A stretch of DNA of 64,000 nt from assembly GCA_016839945.1 (NCBI GenBank), contig JAEOTE010000090.1:1-64000 (forward strand), in the 5' to 3' direction. This DNA is from Candidatus Heimdallarchaeota archaeon (GTDB lineage: Archaea; Asgardarchaeota; Heimdallarchaeia; Heimdallarchaeales; Heimdallarchaeaceae). Position 1 is the stretch's first letter; the number at the start of each line of letters is the position of its first letter. The notes beneath the pieces were generated by a model, which saw only the letters and a list, made by a program, of their open reading frames with translations, had not been told where the DNA came from and ran no database searches. Positions 51,672 to 62,237 of this stretch are shown here, in pieces. A program made the translations under genes and the position numbers.

Positions 51672-51788
51672 TAGTTGAGGTTATTTAATTATTTATTCCT
51701 AATTACGATAGTTCTATAGCGAAAGTATGATGATGATGATATTCCGATTAAGAAATTCTTATTAACATAAAGTAGAGATGTAATTATT

Positions 51789-52442
51789 ATGGAATCAACT
51801 AAGACATCTACTCTTGCTGAAATAACAGACAAACTAAAAGCAAATATTGATCGTTCATTTTGGAAAGGAAGAGGAAATAGAGAACTCTTTAGAGAAGCAG
51901 TAAAGAATCTAGTTGCTTCTGGTGTTCTTTCGAAGGACGAGTATTCATACTTTCAGAAAAATGAAAGAAGAATTTTGGTTAAAACACAACTTATTCATCT
52001 CATCCCAGAATTACAATCTCAGGAGGTAGTTGAAAACACATTGAGACATCTTTCGAATGTAATTTTGGAGAAAAAATATAAGGAAGGAGAAACAAGACGT
52101 GAAGAAGTTGAAAAACAAATCGTAGACCAAATTGCGAGTCACCTTCATAGTACTTTTCATCCAAAAATATCATCAGTAAAAGATGCTTTTTCACATATGA
52201 GACAAATGATTCAAGAGTCACCAGACGTTTCTCAGGAATTAATAAAAATCTCTAATCAATTGCTAGAAGTGCGAGACGGCTTATTAGAGAAAGGACAAAG
52301 TCCGATGTTATTACACGAAATAGACAAACTTTCAACTAAATTAGTTTTTGCTGCAAAAAGTAACAACCCAGAGGACATTCCTTCGAAAACCGATCTACTA
52401 AACTGGTTGAATGATATCCAAATCACTTCTAATGTCGAATAA
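51789..52442 (+). CDS. Hypothetical all-helical protein
   Basis: 217-aa ATG ORF with an upstream TTTATTAA box; no family recognised. Confidence 0.65.
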   Translation: MESTKTSTLAEITDKLKANIDRSFWKGRGNRELFREAVKNLVASGVLSKDEYSYFQKNERRILVKTQLIHLIPELQSQEVVENTLRHLSNVILEKKYKEGETRREEVEKQIVDQIASHLHSTFHPKISSVKDAFSHMRQMIQESPDVSQELIKISNQLLEVRDGLLEKGQSPMLLHEIDKLSTKLVFAAKSNNPEDIPSKTDLLNWLNDIQITSNVE

Positions 52443-52565
52443 CTCAACAAAACAGATTAGCTAACCGAAACCTCAATTTTTCTTATTTAAAACTTTGATA
52501 TCACAATAATTTTAAATATTGTATAATTTCTTTTGTAGCGTAATTACTTCTGGAGTGTTTGTAAA

Positions 52566-53732
52566 GTGAAATTCAGAAAAATAATAGCATCAGAATCTGT
52601 TACTGAAGGTCATCCTGATAAAGTTTGTGACCAAATTTCAGATGCAATTCTTGATGCCATTTTAAGTGTGGATCCTGATGCATATGTTGCATGTGAAACT
52701 TTTGTTACAACCGGTCTTGTTATAGTAGGAGGAGAGATTACTACAACCAAGGGATGTATTATTAATTATGATAAAATAGTTCGAAATACGATAAAAGAAA
52801 TCGGTTATGATGATTCTAATATAGGTTTTGACTATCGGGGTTGTGCAGTTATAAATACAATTCATTCACAATCTCCAGATATTTCACAAGGGATAAAAAA
52901 AGGGGAATTAGAAGAGCAAGGGGCGGGGGATCAAGGCATAATGATTGGCTATGCAACAAATGAAACACCAGAATATATGCCCTTACCAATAATATTAGCA
53001 CATAAATTAACAGCAAAGCTTAGTGAAGTTAGAAAAAAAGGAATTCTTCAATTTCTTAAACCAGATGGGAAGTCTTTAGTTGCAGCTGAATATGAGGAGA
53101 ATAAACCAACCAGAATTGAAGCTGTTGTTATTGCTGCACAACATACCAAAGATGTTTCTCAAGAAGAAATAGAAGAAGGAATAATAAAGGAAGTTGTTCA
53201 AAAAGTTGTTCCTAAAAATCTTATGGATTCTGAAACTAAAATATTCATTAATAGAACCGGACGTTTTGTGGTAGGGGGTCCTCATGGTGATTCAGGTCTA
53301 ACAGGGAGGAAAATTATAGTGGACACATATGGACAACATTCGCATGGTGGTGGTGCATTTTCAGGAAAGGATCCTTCTAAAGTTGATCGTTCTGCATCAT
53401 ACGCCGCAAGATATGTTGCTAAAAATGTCGTAGCAGCGGATTTGGCTGATGAATGTGAGGTTCAAGTTTCATATTGTATTGGAGTACCTGAACCGTTGTC
53501 AGTTAACATTGAATGTTTTAACACTGAAAAAGTACAAATTGATAAGATAAGAGAAGCTGTAATGAAAATCTTTGATTTCAGACCAGGTATAATAGTAGAA
53601 CAATTAGAATTAAAAAGACCGATATACTTGAAAACAGCATGTTATGGTCATTTTGGAAGGAATTTACCTGAATTCACTTGGGAAAAAACAGACAAAGTTG
53701 AGGAATTAAAACGAATTGTTAATGAATTGTGA
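52566..53732 (+). CDS. metK: S-adenosylmethionine synthetase (bacterial/eukaryotic type)
   Basis: [59 protein letters not shown]. Confidence 0.97.
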   Translation: MKFRKIIASESVTEGHPDKVCDQISDAILDAILSVDPDAYVACETFVTTGLVIVGGEITTTKGCIINYDKIVRNTIKEIGYDDSNIGFDYRGCAVINTIHSQSPDISQGIKKGELEEQGAGDQGIMIGYATNETPEYMPLPIILAHKLTAKLSEVRKKGILQFLKPDGKSLVAAEYEENKPTRIEAVVIAAQHTKDVSQEEIEEGIIKEVVQKVVPKNLMDSETKIFINRTGRFVVGGPHGDSGLTGRKIIVDTYGQHSHGGGAFSGKDPSKVDRSASYAARYVAKNVVAADLADECEVQVSYCIGVPEPLSVNIECFNTEKVQIDKIREAVMKIFDFRPGIIVEQLELKRPIYLKTACYGHFGRNLPEFTWEKTDKVEELKRIVNEL

Positions 53733-53821
53733 TTCGGAATAAAACAAAGTTCAGCTTTGTTTTTTTTACTCATTTTTTTTCACAAACCTTTTTTTATTAT
53801 TACTTATGTATTATCGAAGGT

Positions 53822-54481
53822 ATGAACAAAACAGATAGTTTAGCAATTGAGAAAGTAGTACAAAAAATCTTGCAAGAAGAGAAACCAAAAACGGTTAAAA
53901 AGCTCATAGAAAGGACAGTAGAATTAACAAGCAAGGATAAATATGAAGTATTTCTCGTTGTTCAAGAATTAGAAAGAACTAAGAGAATCCATTTAGGATC
54001 ACCAAAAATCATTAGAAAATTACCTGAAACCATACTAGAATATTTTATAAAAGTTAATTATTTCTCTGTTGAATTTTGGACTATTTTCTTGTTAACTGCA
54101 ATGTTCTTTCCAATTATAATTCTAATTCCTGAAGAATCTTCCTTTTTGTTCCTTCGAGTAATTTTTGGGTTTTTGTTCATTCTATTTATCCCAGGATGGT
54201 CGATTACAAATCTGTTTTTTCCGAAACTATATGAAGTAATAGATCAGTTCGAGAGATTTTTAATTGCAATTGGAGTAAATGTTGGAATTGCTATTTTTTC
54301 TGGACTAATCCTAAATCAAGTCTGGATTATTAATTCAACACCATTTACTATTATTATTGGTTCATTTACTTTTGCAGCTTCATTATTATCGTCATTGTTG
54401 AGAATTTATATTGGTTCGAGCAGAAATAAGAAATTATTGGTACTATTTGAGAATATAAAATTAAAAATAAAAAGAAAGTGA
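53822..54481 (+). CDS. DUF1616-like membrane protein (N-terminal part of family)
   Basis: LR..FG.LF.LF.PG......LFP...ID..ER..I..G motif; ATG 53822 preferred. Confidence 0.7.
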   Translation: MNKTDSLAIEKVVQKILQEEKPKTVKKLIERTVELTSKDKYEVFLVVQELERTKRIHLGSPKIIRKLPETILEYFIKVNYFSVEFWTIFLLTAMFFPIIILIPEESSFLFLRVIFGFLFILFIPGWSITNLFFPKLYEVIDQFERFLIAIGVNVGIAIFSGLILNQVWIINSTPFTIIIGSFTFAASLLSSLLRIYIGSSRNKKLLVLFENIKLKIKRK

Positions 54482-54487
54482 AGGAAA

Positions 54488-55027
54488 GTGTCTAGATATT
54501 GGAAGGTTAGAAGTATTGTTTTGCTAGCAATGTTGTTTCTTTCACTTTTTTTAGTAAATAATTATTCTTATGCTCAAACAGAGCAGGAGGCTTTAACATT
54601 AATCAATAATGCTAATGAAAAATTAATAGAAGCCCTTAATCTTCTTGAGGAAATCCCTGTTACAGATTCTGAAGCTAAGCAACTAACATCAGAAATAGAT
54701 TCAGCATTACAACTAATTCAAGAAGCAAAATCAAAAACAATTGAGAATGAGTATAGCGTAGCAATGCAAAGGGCAAGCGAAGCTATTGTAAAACTTGATA
54801 ATGTTATTGAACAATTAGAGGAAGTCGTTAAGAATAATAAGCAGAAAAACACGATTCTCTTTTCATTATTAGGTGTTTTTTTAGCACTGTTGACAGTGAT
54901 TGTTCTTTATTTTTATCTAACAAGAATATATCCTTGGTATAAGATGAAGAAAGTTGAAAATTATGAGAGATTAGAAATAGTTTATGAAAGTGAAGGTGTG
55001 TTAAACAATGGAGAAAAAAAGGATTAG
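54488..55027 (+). CDS. Secreted/anchored helical-bundle protein (signal peptide, coiled coil, C-terminal TM)
   Basis: N-terminal hydrophobic leader ending SYA, amphipathic helices, second TM. Confidence 0.65.
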   Translation: MSRYWKVRSIVLLAMLFLSLFLVNNYSYAQTEQEALTLINNANEKLIEALNLLEEIPVTDSEAKQLTSEIDSALQLIQEAKSKTIENEYSVAMQRASEAIVKLDNVIEQLEEVVKNNKQKNTILFSLLGVFLALLTVIVLYFYLTRIYPWYKMKKVENYERLEIVYESEGVLNNGEKKD

Positions 55028-55625
55028 CGAAATAATTTTTAGAAGTACTAATCTAAAGAGATTCATTTCTCTTTTTGTTGTTTCTATAATTATTATTGTT
55101 ATTGTTACAATGTTTAGCACTACATTTTTTTCATATTCTAGGGAAGGTTTCTCTGAAATATCCTTATTACAATATAATCAAGCAGAGAGTTTATATGAAG
55201 CTGCCAGACAACCTTATATTCTTTATAAAAATTTCAATTCTACCACTTATTTTATGATCAAAAATTTCGAAAACAAAGTAACCTATTATCAGTTACAGAT
55301 TAAGATAACAAAATTATCTCAAGCTGTAAATTCTGAAACGCCTTTAGCTACAACTGAATGCTATTTAATGTATTTAAACCATACTTATGAAAAAATTCTG
55401 TTTCCAGCAACAAAACAAGAGAAACAGGAAATTAACGCATTTACAGGAAGTTATATTTGGAGTCCAACTAATGTGACTTTATATTTCTCAAGTCAATTTG
55501 AATCATTGCTTTTAGGAGAAAATGGTGTGAAAATCGTTTTTGAAATATGGAGATTCAACACACAAGCAGAAGAATTTTCGTATTCAGGAATTTTCGCTTT
55601 CATGGAATTATTTGTTATAGGCTAG
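55008..55625 (+). CDS. DUF1616-like protein (C-terminal part of family)
   Basis: TM followed by EGFSEISLL, I.NFE.K..YY....K and KIVFEIW motifs. Confidence 0.6.
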   Translation: MEKKRISEIIFRSTNLKRFISLFVVSIIIIVIVTMFSTTFFSYSREGFSEISLLQYNQAESLYEAARQPYILYKNFNSTTYFMIKNFENKVTYYQLQIKITKLSQAVNSETPLATTECYLMYLNHTYEKILFPATKQEKQEINAFTGSYIWSPTNVTLYFSSQFESLLLGENGVKIVFEIWRFNTQAEEFSYSGIFAFMELFVIG

Positions 55626-55632
55626 TGTTTCT

Positions 55633-56283
55633 ATGAGTACAAAAATATTGATTCTTTCTGATATTCATAGCCAAAATATTACTTTAATGAATATTCTAGA
55701 CAAAGTTCAAAGTTTGTTTAACCCACCTAAAATATGTTTTATAGCCGGTGATATTACTAATTTTGGTTCAATTGAAGATATGAATGAAGTTTTGGATATT
55801 ATCACGAGTTATAATATTCAAACTTTTTTTATACTCGGAAATTGTGACCCAGACATTAATTCAGGGACACTTGATACTTCTGCAAAACATTTAGAATCTT
55901 CAGCAGAAGAAATTAGTTTTTTTACTTTAGTAGGTTTTGGATCTCACAGGCCTCGTATTAACTATAAGCTTCTTCTTGAACTAAAAAGAACAAAAAAGAG
56001 AGTTTGTTTACTTACCCACGCACCACCTTATGGAACAAAAGCAGATTTAATTTCTTTTAACAGACATGGGGGTTCCCATGAAATAAAAAAAATTATAGAA
56101 AAATTCCACAATATTTTCTTAGTAATTTCAGGTCATATACATGAATCTCACACTATTTCTACTTATAAAAAATGCACAATCATCAATCCAGGACCAATTA
56201 CGAGGGGAAATTTCGCCATTATTGAAATAGACGAGGAATTTAAAGTTAAAGGGGACATACACAATATATACGAGATGAAATAA
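55633..56283 (+). CDS. Calcineurin-like metallophosphoesterase
   Basis: SDIH, AGDIT, GNCD, THAPP, SGHIHE, NPG. Confidence 0.92.
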   Translation: MSTKILILSDIHSQNITLMNILDKVQSLFNPPKICFIAGDITNFGSIEDMNEVLDIITSYNIQTFFILGNCDPDINSGTLDTSAKHLESSAEEISFFTLVGFGSHRPRINYKLLLELKRTKKRVCLLTHAPPYGTKADLISFNRHGGSHEIKKIIEKFHNIFLVISGHIHESHTISTYKKCTIINPGPITRGNFAIIEIDEEFKVKGDIHNIYEMK

Positions 56284-56985
56284 TTGAAGAAGAATTTAGA
56301 GGATTATTTAGAATTTTTTTCAAACTTTCAAGAATTTAACAATATCTTAGTGAAAGCCTATCAGTTTATATTACAACAATTTCTAGTATCTGGAAGTAAA
56401 AAATCACATTCTCTTGAACATACAATTCGAGTTACTTACACTTGCATGAATCTTGGATTTGAACTTAATGCGAAATTAGATATTTTAATTATTGCTGCAC
56501 TCTTTCATGATACGGGTAGACCCTTAGAGGAAGTAACAGGAAGATGTCATGCAGAATTAAGTGCTGAAATCGCAACTGAATTTCTAAAAGAACATTCTCT
56601 CGATGACATGATACCAGAAGTATGTGACATCATCCTCTCGCACAGATTTAGCAAAAAAATCAAACCAACATCAAAAGAAGGTAAAATCCTAAAGGATGCA
56701 GATGCTCTTGATGCATTGGGTGCTATGGGTCTATACCGCACAATAAGCTACAGTGTTGAAAAAAAATACGACCTCGAAAAAGCTCTAGAGCACTTTGATG
56801 AAAAACTATTCAAATTACCAGAGCTTATGCATTTTCCTTCTACAAAGAATTTAGCGGTAGAAAGATGTAAGATATTGAAGGAATTTATTGAGAAAATAGA
56901 AGAATACAAGAAAAAATCAAATTTTGATTCACTTTTAGAAAAATTACAAAATAAAAATCATAGCGAAAACCAGAATTTTAAATAA
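56284..56985 (+). CDS. HD-domain phosphohydrolase
   Basis: H..EH..RV, AALFHD, HA..SA, HRFS, DAD.LDALGA.G. Confidence 0.92.
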   Translation: MKKNLEDYLEFFSNFQEFNNILVKAYQFILQQFLVSGSKKSHSLEHTIRVTYTCMNLGFELNAKLDILIIAALFHDTGRPLEEVTGRCHAELSAEIATEFLKEHSLDDMIPEVCDIILSHRFSKKIKPTSKEGKILKDADALDALGAMGLYRTISYSVEKKYDLEKALEHFDEKLFKLPELMHFPSTKNLAVERCKILKEFIEKIEEYKKKSNFDSLLEKLQNKNHSENQNFK

Positions 56986-57025
56986 GACTAATGTCTTATC
57001 TTTTACTTGTGTAATAAATTAAAAG

Positions 57026-57730
57026 GTGAACCTTATGGCTTCTCTTCATGCAGGCGACATGGTAAAAATAAATTATACTGGAAAAACAAAAGAAGATAAT
57101 GTTGTGTTTGATACTACTTCGGAAAGTATAGCGAAGAAAGAAGATATTTTTGATGAAAAAGTAATATATAGACCTTTCACTCTGATAATTGGAAAAAAGT
57201 GGCTTCCTGAGGGATTGGAGGCGCAGATTGTAGGAATGAAAGAAGGTCAAAACAAAACCATTGAAGTTGAAGCAAAGAAAGGATTTGGTTTAAGAGATAG
57301 GTCTAAAATAAGATTAATTCAACGAAGAGAATTTCAACGACATCAAATAAAACCAAAAGAAGATACCAAAGTTGAAATAGGAGGGCAAATGGGGAGGATC
57401 CTTAAGGTATCAAGTAGCAGAGTGAAAGTTGATTTTAATCACGATTTAGCAGGAAACGATTTGGTTTATGATGTTGAAGTTATTAAAAAAATAACTGATA
57501 TCAAGGAACAATTCATTTGTTTGTTAGAAAAAAGACTACCTGGTGTTGATTTTTCATCAACAAAGATTGAACTTAAGGATAAGACCATTATTGTAGAACT
57601 GCCTAAGGATACTAGATTTATGGAATACATACAATTCATTAGAAATGGTGTAACAAGAGATTTAGGAGATATAACAACCAAATACAATAAAGTGACATTT
57701 ATTGAAGATTATGAAATAGAGAAGAAATAA
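57026..57730 (+). CDS. FKBP-type peptidyl-prolyl isomerase (long archaeal SlyD-like)
   Basis: GD.V.INYTG...VFDTT, G.R, VDFNH.LAG, plus archaeal C-terminal domain. Confidence 0.92.
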   Translation: MNLMASLHAGDMVKINYTGKTKEDNVVFDTTSESIAKKEDIFDEKVIYRPFTLIIGKKWLPEGLEAQIVGMKEGQNKTIEVEAKKGFGLRDRSKIRLIQRREFQRHQIKPKEDTKVEIGGQMGRILKVSSSRVKVDFNHDLAGNDLVYDVEVIKKITDIKEQFICLLEKRLPGVDFSSTKIELKDKTIIVELPKDTRFMEYIQFIRNGVTRDLGDITTKYNKVTFIEDYEIEKK

Positions 57731-57746
57731 ACATATCCACTTCTCT

Positions 57747-58178
57747 CTATATTTTTTTAGCTTCTACTAAAACAAGATTATAATCTAAAGGGCAATTCAC
57801 TTTATTCAAAATCTTAAGAATTTTTACTTTTGATTGTTCATTAAAGTTTGAATGAATACAGTATTCATAATTCTCACATAGTATTTCGTTGCATTCCAAT
57901 GGTTTTCTATTAATGATAATGTTGTCCAGATATTTTTGAGTTTCAACGGTGATGATACTATTAGCTTTTTCAACCTCACATACAATCATTACTTGTTCAT
58001 CTATTAAGCAACTATGTTCTTTTGTGCTTATTTTCTTTATCTCATAAGAAACATTATTCTCAAGAGCTTCAACACAAACTTTTCTTAGAGTGCATTTTGA
58101 ACATACTTCTGTTCCTCCCATGTGTATGAATGTGTAACCGATTTTTGCGATGTTTTTCTCTAGTAGAGTTATTATCAT
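57747..58178 (-). CDS. UPF0179 family protein
   Basis: ITL.....AK.G..F..MG...C..C.L..VC, H.C, C....C.....C, CP; usual egsA neighbour. Confidence 0.85.
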   Translation of the reverse strand: MIITLLEKNIAKIGYTFIHMGGTEVCSKCTLRKVCVEALENNVSYEIKKISTKEHSCLIDEQVMIVCEVEKANSIITVETQKYLDNIIINRKPLECNEILCENYEYCIHSNFNEQSKVKILKILNKVNCPLDYNLVLVEAKKI

Positions 58179-58226
58179 TTCAAAGGAACTTTACAGAAAT
58201 TGTTTTTTAATATTGGGAAACATAAC

Positions 58227-59294
58227 TCAATTTATTACATTAGTTTTTACTGCTACATTTACTGCGGCTTCATGTGTTAGTCCATCTTTTCCTAGAATTG
58301 TAAACCTTTCTGGTCTTATTGTGTGAGCTATTTTTAATGCGTCTATGACTTCTTCATCTTTTAACCCGGCTTTCTTTGCTGTAGTTGGTATTCCTATGGT
58401 GTTCATTACTGATTGAATATTCTCCCAATCAAGCTCATGGAGGAAAGCCATTAGTATAGTACCTATTGCACATTGCTCCCCATGTAAAGCTGGAGTTTCT
58501 GCTATAGAATCTAGTGCGTGACTAAACATATGTTCAGAACCGCTCCCAGGTCTAGAAGATCCTGCAACACACATAGCTAAGGAGCTACCAATTAATGAGT
58601 TCATTACAATACGACTATAACCTTCTGAATGACTTTTAATTGAATTTGCATTTTCAGAAACTAGTTTAACTGTCATTTCAGAGAGAGCGACTGAAGTTGG
58701 TGATATTGGCTCGTTTCTGATTCTGTGCGACAACATCCAGTCCTTAAGTGATGTTTTTTTAGCAAGAATATCTCCACATCCTGCACAAGTATAACGATAA
58801 GGTGAACTATCAAGAATCTTTGTGTCAGCTACGACTGCAATAGGAGGTCTAGCTTGGATTGAATGTCTTTCATCAATCCCTTTCAGTGATGCCCTTGAAC
58901 TTGCAATTCCATCATGACTTGCAATTGTTGGTATCGAAATAAATCTTTGATTAGCTTTAAACGACGTTAATTTTGCTACATCAATTGGTTTTCCTCCACC
59001 TAAACCAATAACAAAATTATTACTTGTTTCTCTTAAAACAGACAGTTGTTTGTCAACTTCATCTAATGTACTATCTTCAATAATTGATATAGTTGTTTCA
59101 ATTTTCCCTTCTTCCAATATTGCTTTGATTTGTTTTCCATATTTGTTTTCCACAAATTTGTCTGTAATTAAGAGACATTTATCTCCCAATGTCAGTCTTT
59201 CAATAATTTCAGGGAGGCTTAAAAACATATTAGTGCCAAGAGATAACATTTGTGGCATTTCTATATGTTTAAACTCGTTTATTACACCATACAT
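58227..59294 (-). CDS. egsA: Glycerol-1-phosphate dehydrogenase [NAD(P)+]
   Basis: GLGGGKPIDVAK, PTIASHDGIASS, GSSRPGSGSEHMFSHALD, LHGEQC, IRPERFTILG. Confidence 0.95.
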   Translation of the reverse strand: MYGVINEFKHIEMPQMLSLGTNMFLSLPEIIERLTLGDKCLLITDKFVENKYGKQIKAILEEGKIETTISIIEDSTLDEVDKQLSVLRETSNNFVIGLGGGKPIDVAKLTSFKANQRFISIPTIASHDGIASSRASLKGIDERHSIQARPPIAVVADTKILDSSPYRYTCAGCGDILAKKTSLKDWMLSHRIRNEPISPTSVALSEMTVKLVSENANSIKSHSEGYSRIVMNSLIGSSLAMCVAGSSRPGSGSEHMFSHALDSIAETPALHGEQCAIGTILMAFLHELDWENIQSVMNTIGIPTTAKKAGLKDEEVIDALKIAHTIRPERFTILGKDGLTHEAAVNVAVKTNVIN

Positions 59295-59423
59295 TTCAAT
59301 ATCCTTTATAATCTAAATTAGCTTATATTAAAGGGATTCTATCTTTTTTTATCATAAATCATTTGTTGATAGAAACAAATGTTTAAGAAATTGGAATGAA
59401 TTTTCTTGAATTGGAGCGATTTT

Positions 59424-60308
59424 ATGACAAAATATGCAATCATAATTGATTCAACATCAGATATTCCTCAGAAACTTGTAGATGAATACAGACTATATAC
59501 TATTCCTGTCTATATTATTTTTCCTGATACTGATGAAGCTCTAAAAGATAAAATAGAAATATCAAGAGAACAATACTTCGAAAGATTAGAACAAGCAAAA
59601 AAGCATCCTTTTACAACTCAACCAAGTCCAAATGAGTTTCTTACTTTGTACAATAAATTAGAGAAGGAGGGTATCAAAGAAATCTTGTATATTCCATTCT
59701 CCTCAAAGCTATCTGGATTGTATAATAATGCTCATTTAGCTAAGAAGATTTATTTGAAAGAAGGAGGAAAATCAGAAGTTGAAATACATGATTCCAAGCA
59801 GAGCTCAATGGGAGTTGGAATACAAGCTTTGAAAGCTGTGAATTTATTTCAACAAGGTTTGAATCTAAAAGAAGTTGTAGAAAAGCTAGAGCATTTTAGA
59901 GAAAATCAACTTAAATCCACACTTGTTGTTGCAACTTTAAAATATCTAATGAAAGGGGGAAGAATTAGTAAGATACAATATGCTATTGGATCAGTTTTAA
60001 GTTTAACACCTTGTCTAGAAGGAACTTCTGAAGGATTACTTGTCGCATTTGATAGAACTAAGAATTACAAAGATGGCATTAAGAGAGTAATAGATAGAGC
60101 ATTTGAGGAAATCAAAGAAAAAGAAGATTTAGCTGTGTATATAATTGAGGGTAAAGCTGAAAAAGGAGTAAAAATAGCAAAAACGTATTTTCAAGAGAAA
60201 TATCCAGATATTGAGTTACTTGGGGAGTTACCATTAGGTGCAGCTATTTATACTCATACAGGACCTGGAGTGGTAGCATTTATTTTATTCAAGAATTTCG
60301 ATTTCTAA
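59424..60308 (+). CDS. DegV family fatty-acid-binding protein
   Basis: IIDSTSD, TTQPSP, SSKLSG, DS...SMG, L.YL.KGGRI, HTGPG. Confidence 0.92.
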   Translation: MTKYAIIIDSTSDIPQKLVDEYRLYTIPVYIIFPDTDEALKDKIEISREQYFERLEQAKKHPFTTQPSPNEFLTLYNKLEKEGIKEILYIPFSSKLSGLYNNAHLAKKIYLKEGGKSEVEIHDSKQSSMGVGIQALKAVNLFQQGLNLKEVVEKLEHFRENQLKSTLVVATLKYLMKGGRISKIQYAIGSVLSLTPCLEGTSEGLLVAFDRTKNYKDGIKRVIDRAFEEIKEKEDLAVYIIEGKAEKGVKIAKTYFQEKYPDIELLGELPLGAAIYTHTGPGVVAFILFKNFDF

Positions 60309-60363
60309 AATCAGATTCATAATTAAGTGAACAACATAAAACATAAAAAAAGAGGAAGAAGAT

Positions 60364-61218
60364 CTATTTCTTCTTAGGAAACCAAGGAATTAATGCTTTT
60401 GTTTTTTGCTTGTAATTTTGATATTCCTTATTATCTTCAAATCTCTTCTCTGCTAAGGGTAGTCCTGTTACATAGATTAAAAGCAATGCAATAATAATAG
60501 GTCCAATAATCGATGCGAAATTCCAAGCTTTAAATTCATATAGAGCTATGAAAAACAAACCAAACCACATAGTTATCTCACCGAAATAATTTGGGTGACG
60601 AGTATATTTCCAAAGTCCTTTTGTCATTACTTTACCCTTATTTTCTGATTTTTTCTTGAACAAGTGCATTTGTAAATCTGCAAAAAACTCAAAGAAAAAG
60701 CCAATTGACCAAATACCAATTCCTATATAATCAAGTACCCATAGAGGTCTAGCATTAGAAGTATTTGCAGTAACAACAAGCACAGGTAATCCTATAAGAA
60801 TTACGAGGATAACTTGTGACAAATAAATCTGAAGAAAGCCTCTCCACCAAATAGATTTACCCCATTCATCACGGTAAATTTTAAATCGTCTATCTTCACC
60901 AGTTTCTTCATCTTTTCCGAATTTCCTTAAAGTAAGAAACACAGCTATTCGAATGCCCCATAGAATTACTAGTCCTGTAATCAGAATCTTTCTTTCTAAG
61001 AGAAAATTACTCCCACTTGCTATCCATGACACAATAGCAGCTAAAATAAAACCTGCTCCATATGCTATATCAACTGTATTGAAACTTTTTTGATACAAGC
61101 CTATGAAGTAGAATATAAAGAATAATCCAAATACAGCAAGTAAACTCCATAAAATCGGAATAATCATAAATATCAACTTCACTTGATAGATTTGTTTATT
61201 TATTTTTGGTTTTGTCAA
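60364..61218 (-). CDS. DUF1295 (steroid 5-alpha-reductase-like) membrane protein
   Basis: VDIAYG, WGIR, EDRRF, AD.Q...FK, GLWKYTRHPNYFGE, Y..Y...T...IPW. Confidence 0.9.
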   Translation of the reverse strand: MTKPKINKQIYQVKLIFMIIPILWSLLAVFGLFFIFYFIGLYQKSFNTVDIAYGAGFILAAIVSWIASGSNFLLERKILITGLVILWGIRIAVFLTLRKFGKDEETGEDRRFKIYRDEWGKSIWWRGFLQIYLSQVILVILIGLPVLVVTANTSNARPLWVLDYIGIGIWSIGFFFEFFADLQMHLFKKKSENKGKVMTKGLWKYTRHPNYFGEITMWFGLFFIALYEFKAWNFASIIGPIIIALLLIYVTGLPLAEKRFEDNKEYQNYKQKTKALIPWFPKKK

Positions 61219-61271
61219 AAATACGAAAATAGCGTAATGATTATTATTACTGTAATTTATTACATTTTAGA

Positions 61272-62237
61272 ATGAAGCCAATCCAACCCAGTGCTAGTGT
61301 TTATAACCTTGGAGAAAAATATGGTTATCTCCCTTATATGATTGATAGATATATTGAGATATTTGGAGAGGAGGAAACCACAAAGTTGCTTCATTTCTAT
61401 GAATCAGAACTACCTAAAATAATTAGATTAAACTCTTTAAGATCGCCATATTCTAAAACCGTGGAATTACTTACAAATAAGGGGGTAGAACTAAAAGACA
61501 TACTAGGCATTGAAGAAGGAAAGGAAGTTGTAAGTTCTCTAGTTCCTATTGGAGCAACTCCTGAATACCTAAATGGTTACTATTTTTTGCAAGGAAAAAA
61601 CTCAATGTACCCTTCTCTAGTACTCAATCCCAAGAAACAGGAACTTGTAGGTGATTTTGCTGCAGCTCCAGGAGGAAAAACTACTCATCTAGCTCAATTG
61701 ATGGAAAATGAGGGAAATATTTTTGCTTTAGAATTAAGCTTGAAAAGATGTAGAAGCCTCAAAGCAAATCTTTCTCGTATGGGAGTTAAAAATACTACCG
61801 TTTTTCAAATGGATACAAGGGAAGTAACAACCCTTGGTATAGAGTTTGATAAAATTCTTTTAGATGCGCCTTGTTCGGGATCAGGGGTAATTAGTTCAGA
61901 TTATACAAGAAAATCTTCTAAAACGCTAGATGACATAATGAATTACCATGAGTATCAAACATCTCTTTTATCTAGTTCTTTAGAAGTACTGAAAACAAAT
62001 GGAAAGCTTGTTTATTGTACCTGTTCGCTTGAGCCTGAAGAAAATGAGTTTGTTATTTCTAGAGTTTTGGATAAATGTGATATTGAATTGGTAGAGATTA
62101 ATATCGACGGAGATAGAGGATTAGAAAAATTCCTACAATATGAATTCCATGAAGATATAGTAAAAACAAAAAGGCTCTATCCTCACAAGACTGGTGGAGA
62201 GGGGTTCTTTATAGCAAAAATGGTGAAAAATAGATGA
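61272..62237 (+). CDS. Nop2/NOL1/RsmB-family RNA m5C methyltransferase
   Basis: IGATPEYL.G.Y, AAAPGGKT, LLDAPCSG.G, YCTCSL.PEENE, GFFIAK. Confidence 0.95.
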   Translation: MKPIQPSASVYNLGEKYGYLPYMIDRYIEIFGEEETTKLLHFYESELPKIIRLNSLRSPYSKTVELLTNKGVELKDILGIEEGKEVVSSLVPIGATPEYLNGYYFLQGKNSMYPSLVLNPKKQELVGDFAAAPGGKTTHLAQLMENEGNIFALELSLKRCRSLKANLSRMGVKNTTVFQMDTREVTTLGIEFDKILLDAPCSGSGVISSDYTRKSSKTLDDIMNYHEYQTSLLSSSLEVLKTNGKLVYCTCSLEPEENEFVISRVLDKCDIELVEINIDGDRGLEKFLQYEFHEDIVKTKRLYPHKTGGEGFFIAKMVKNR

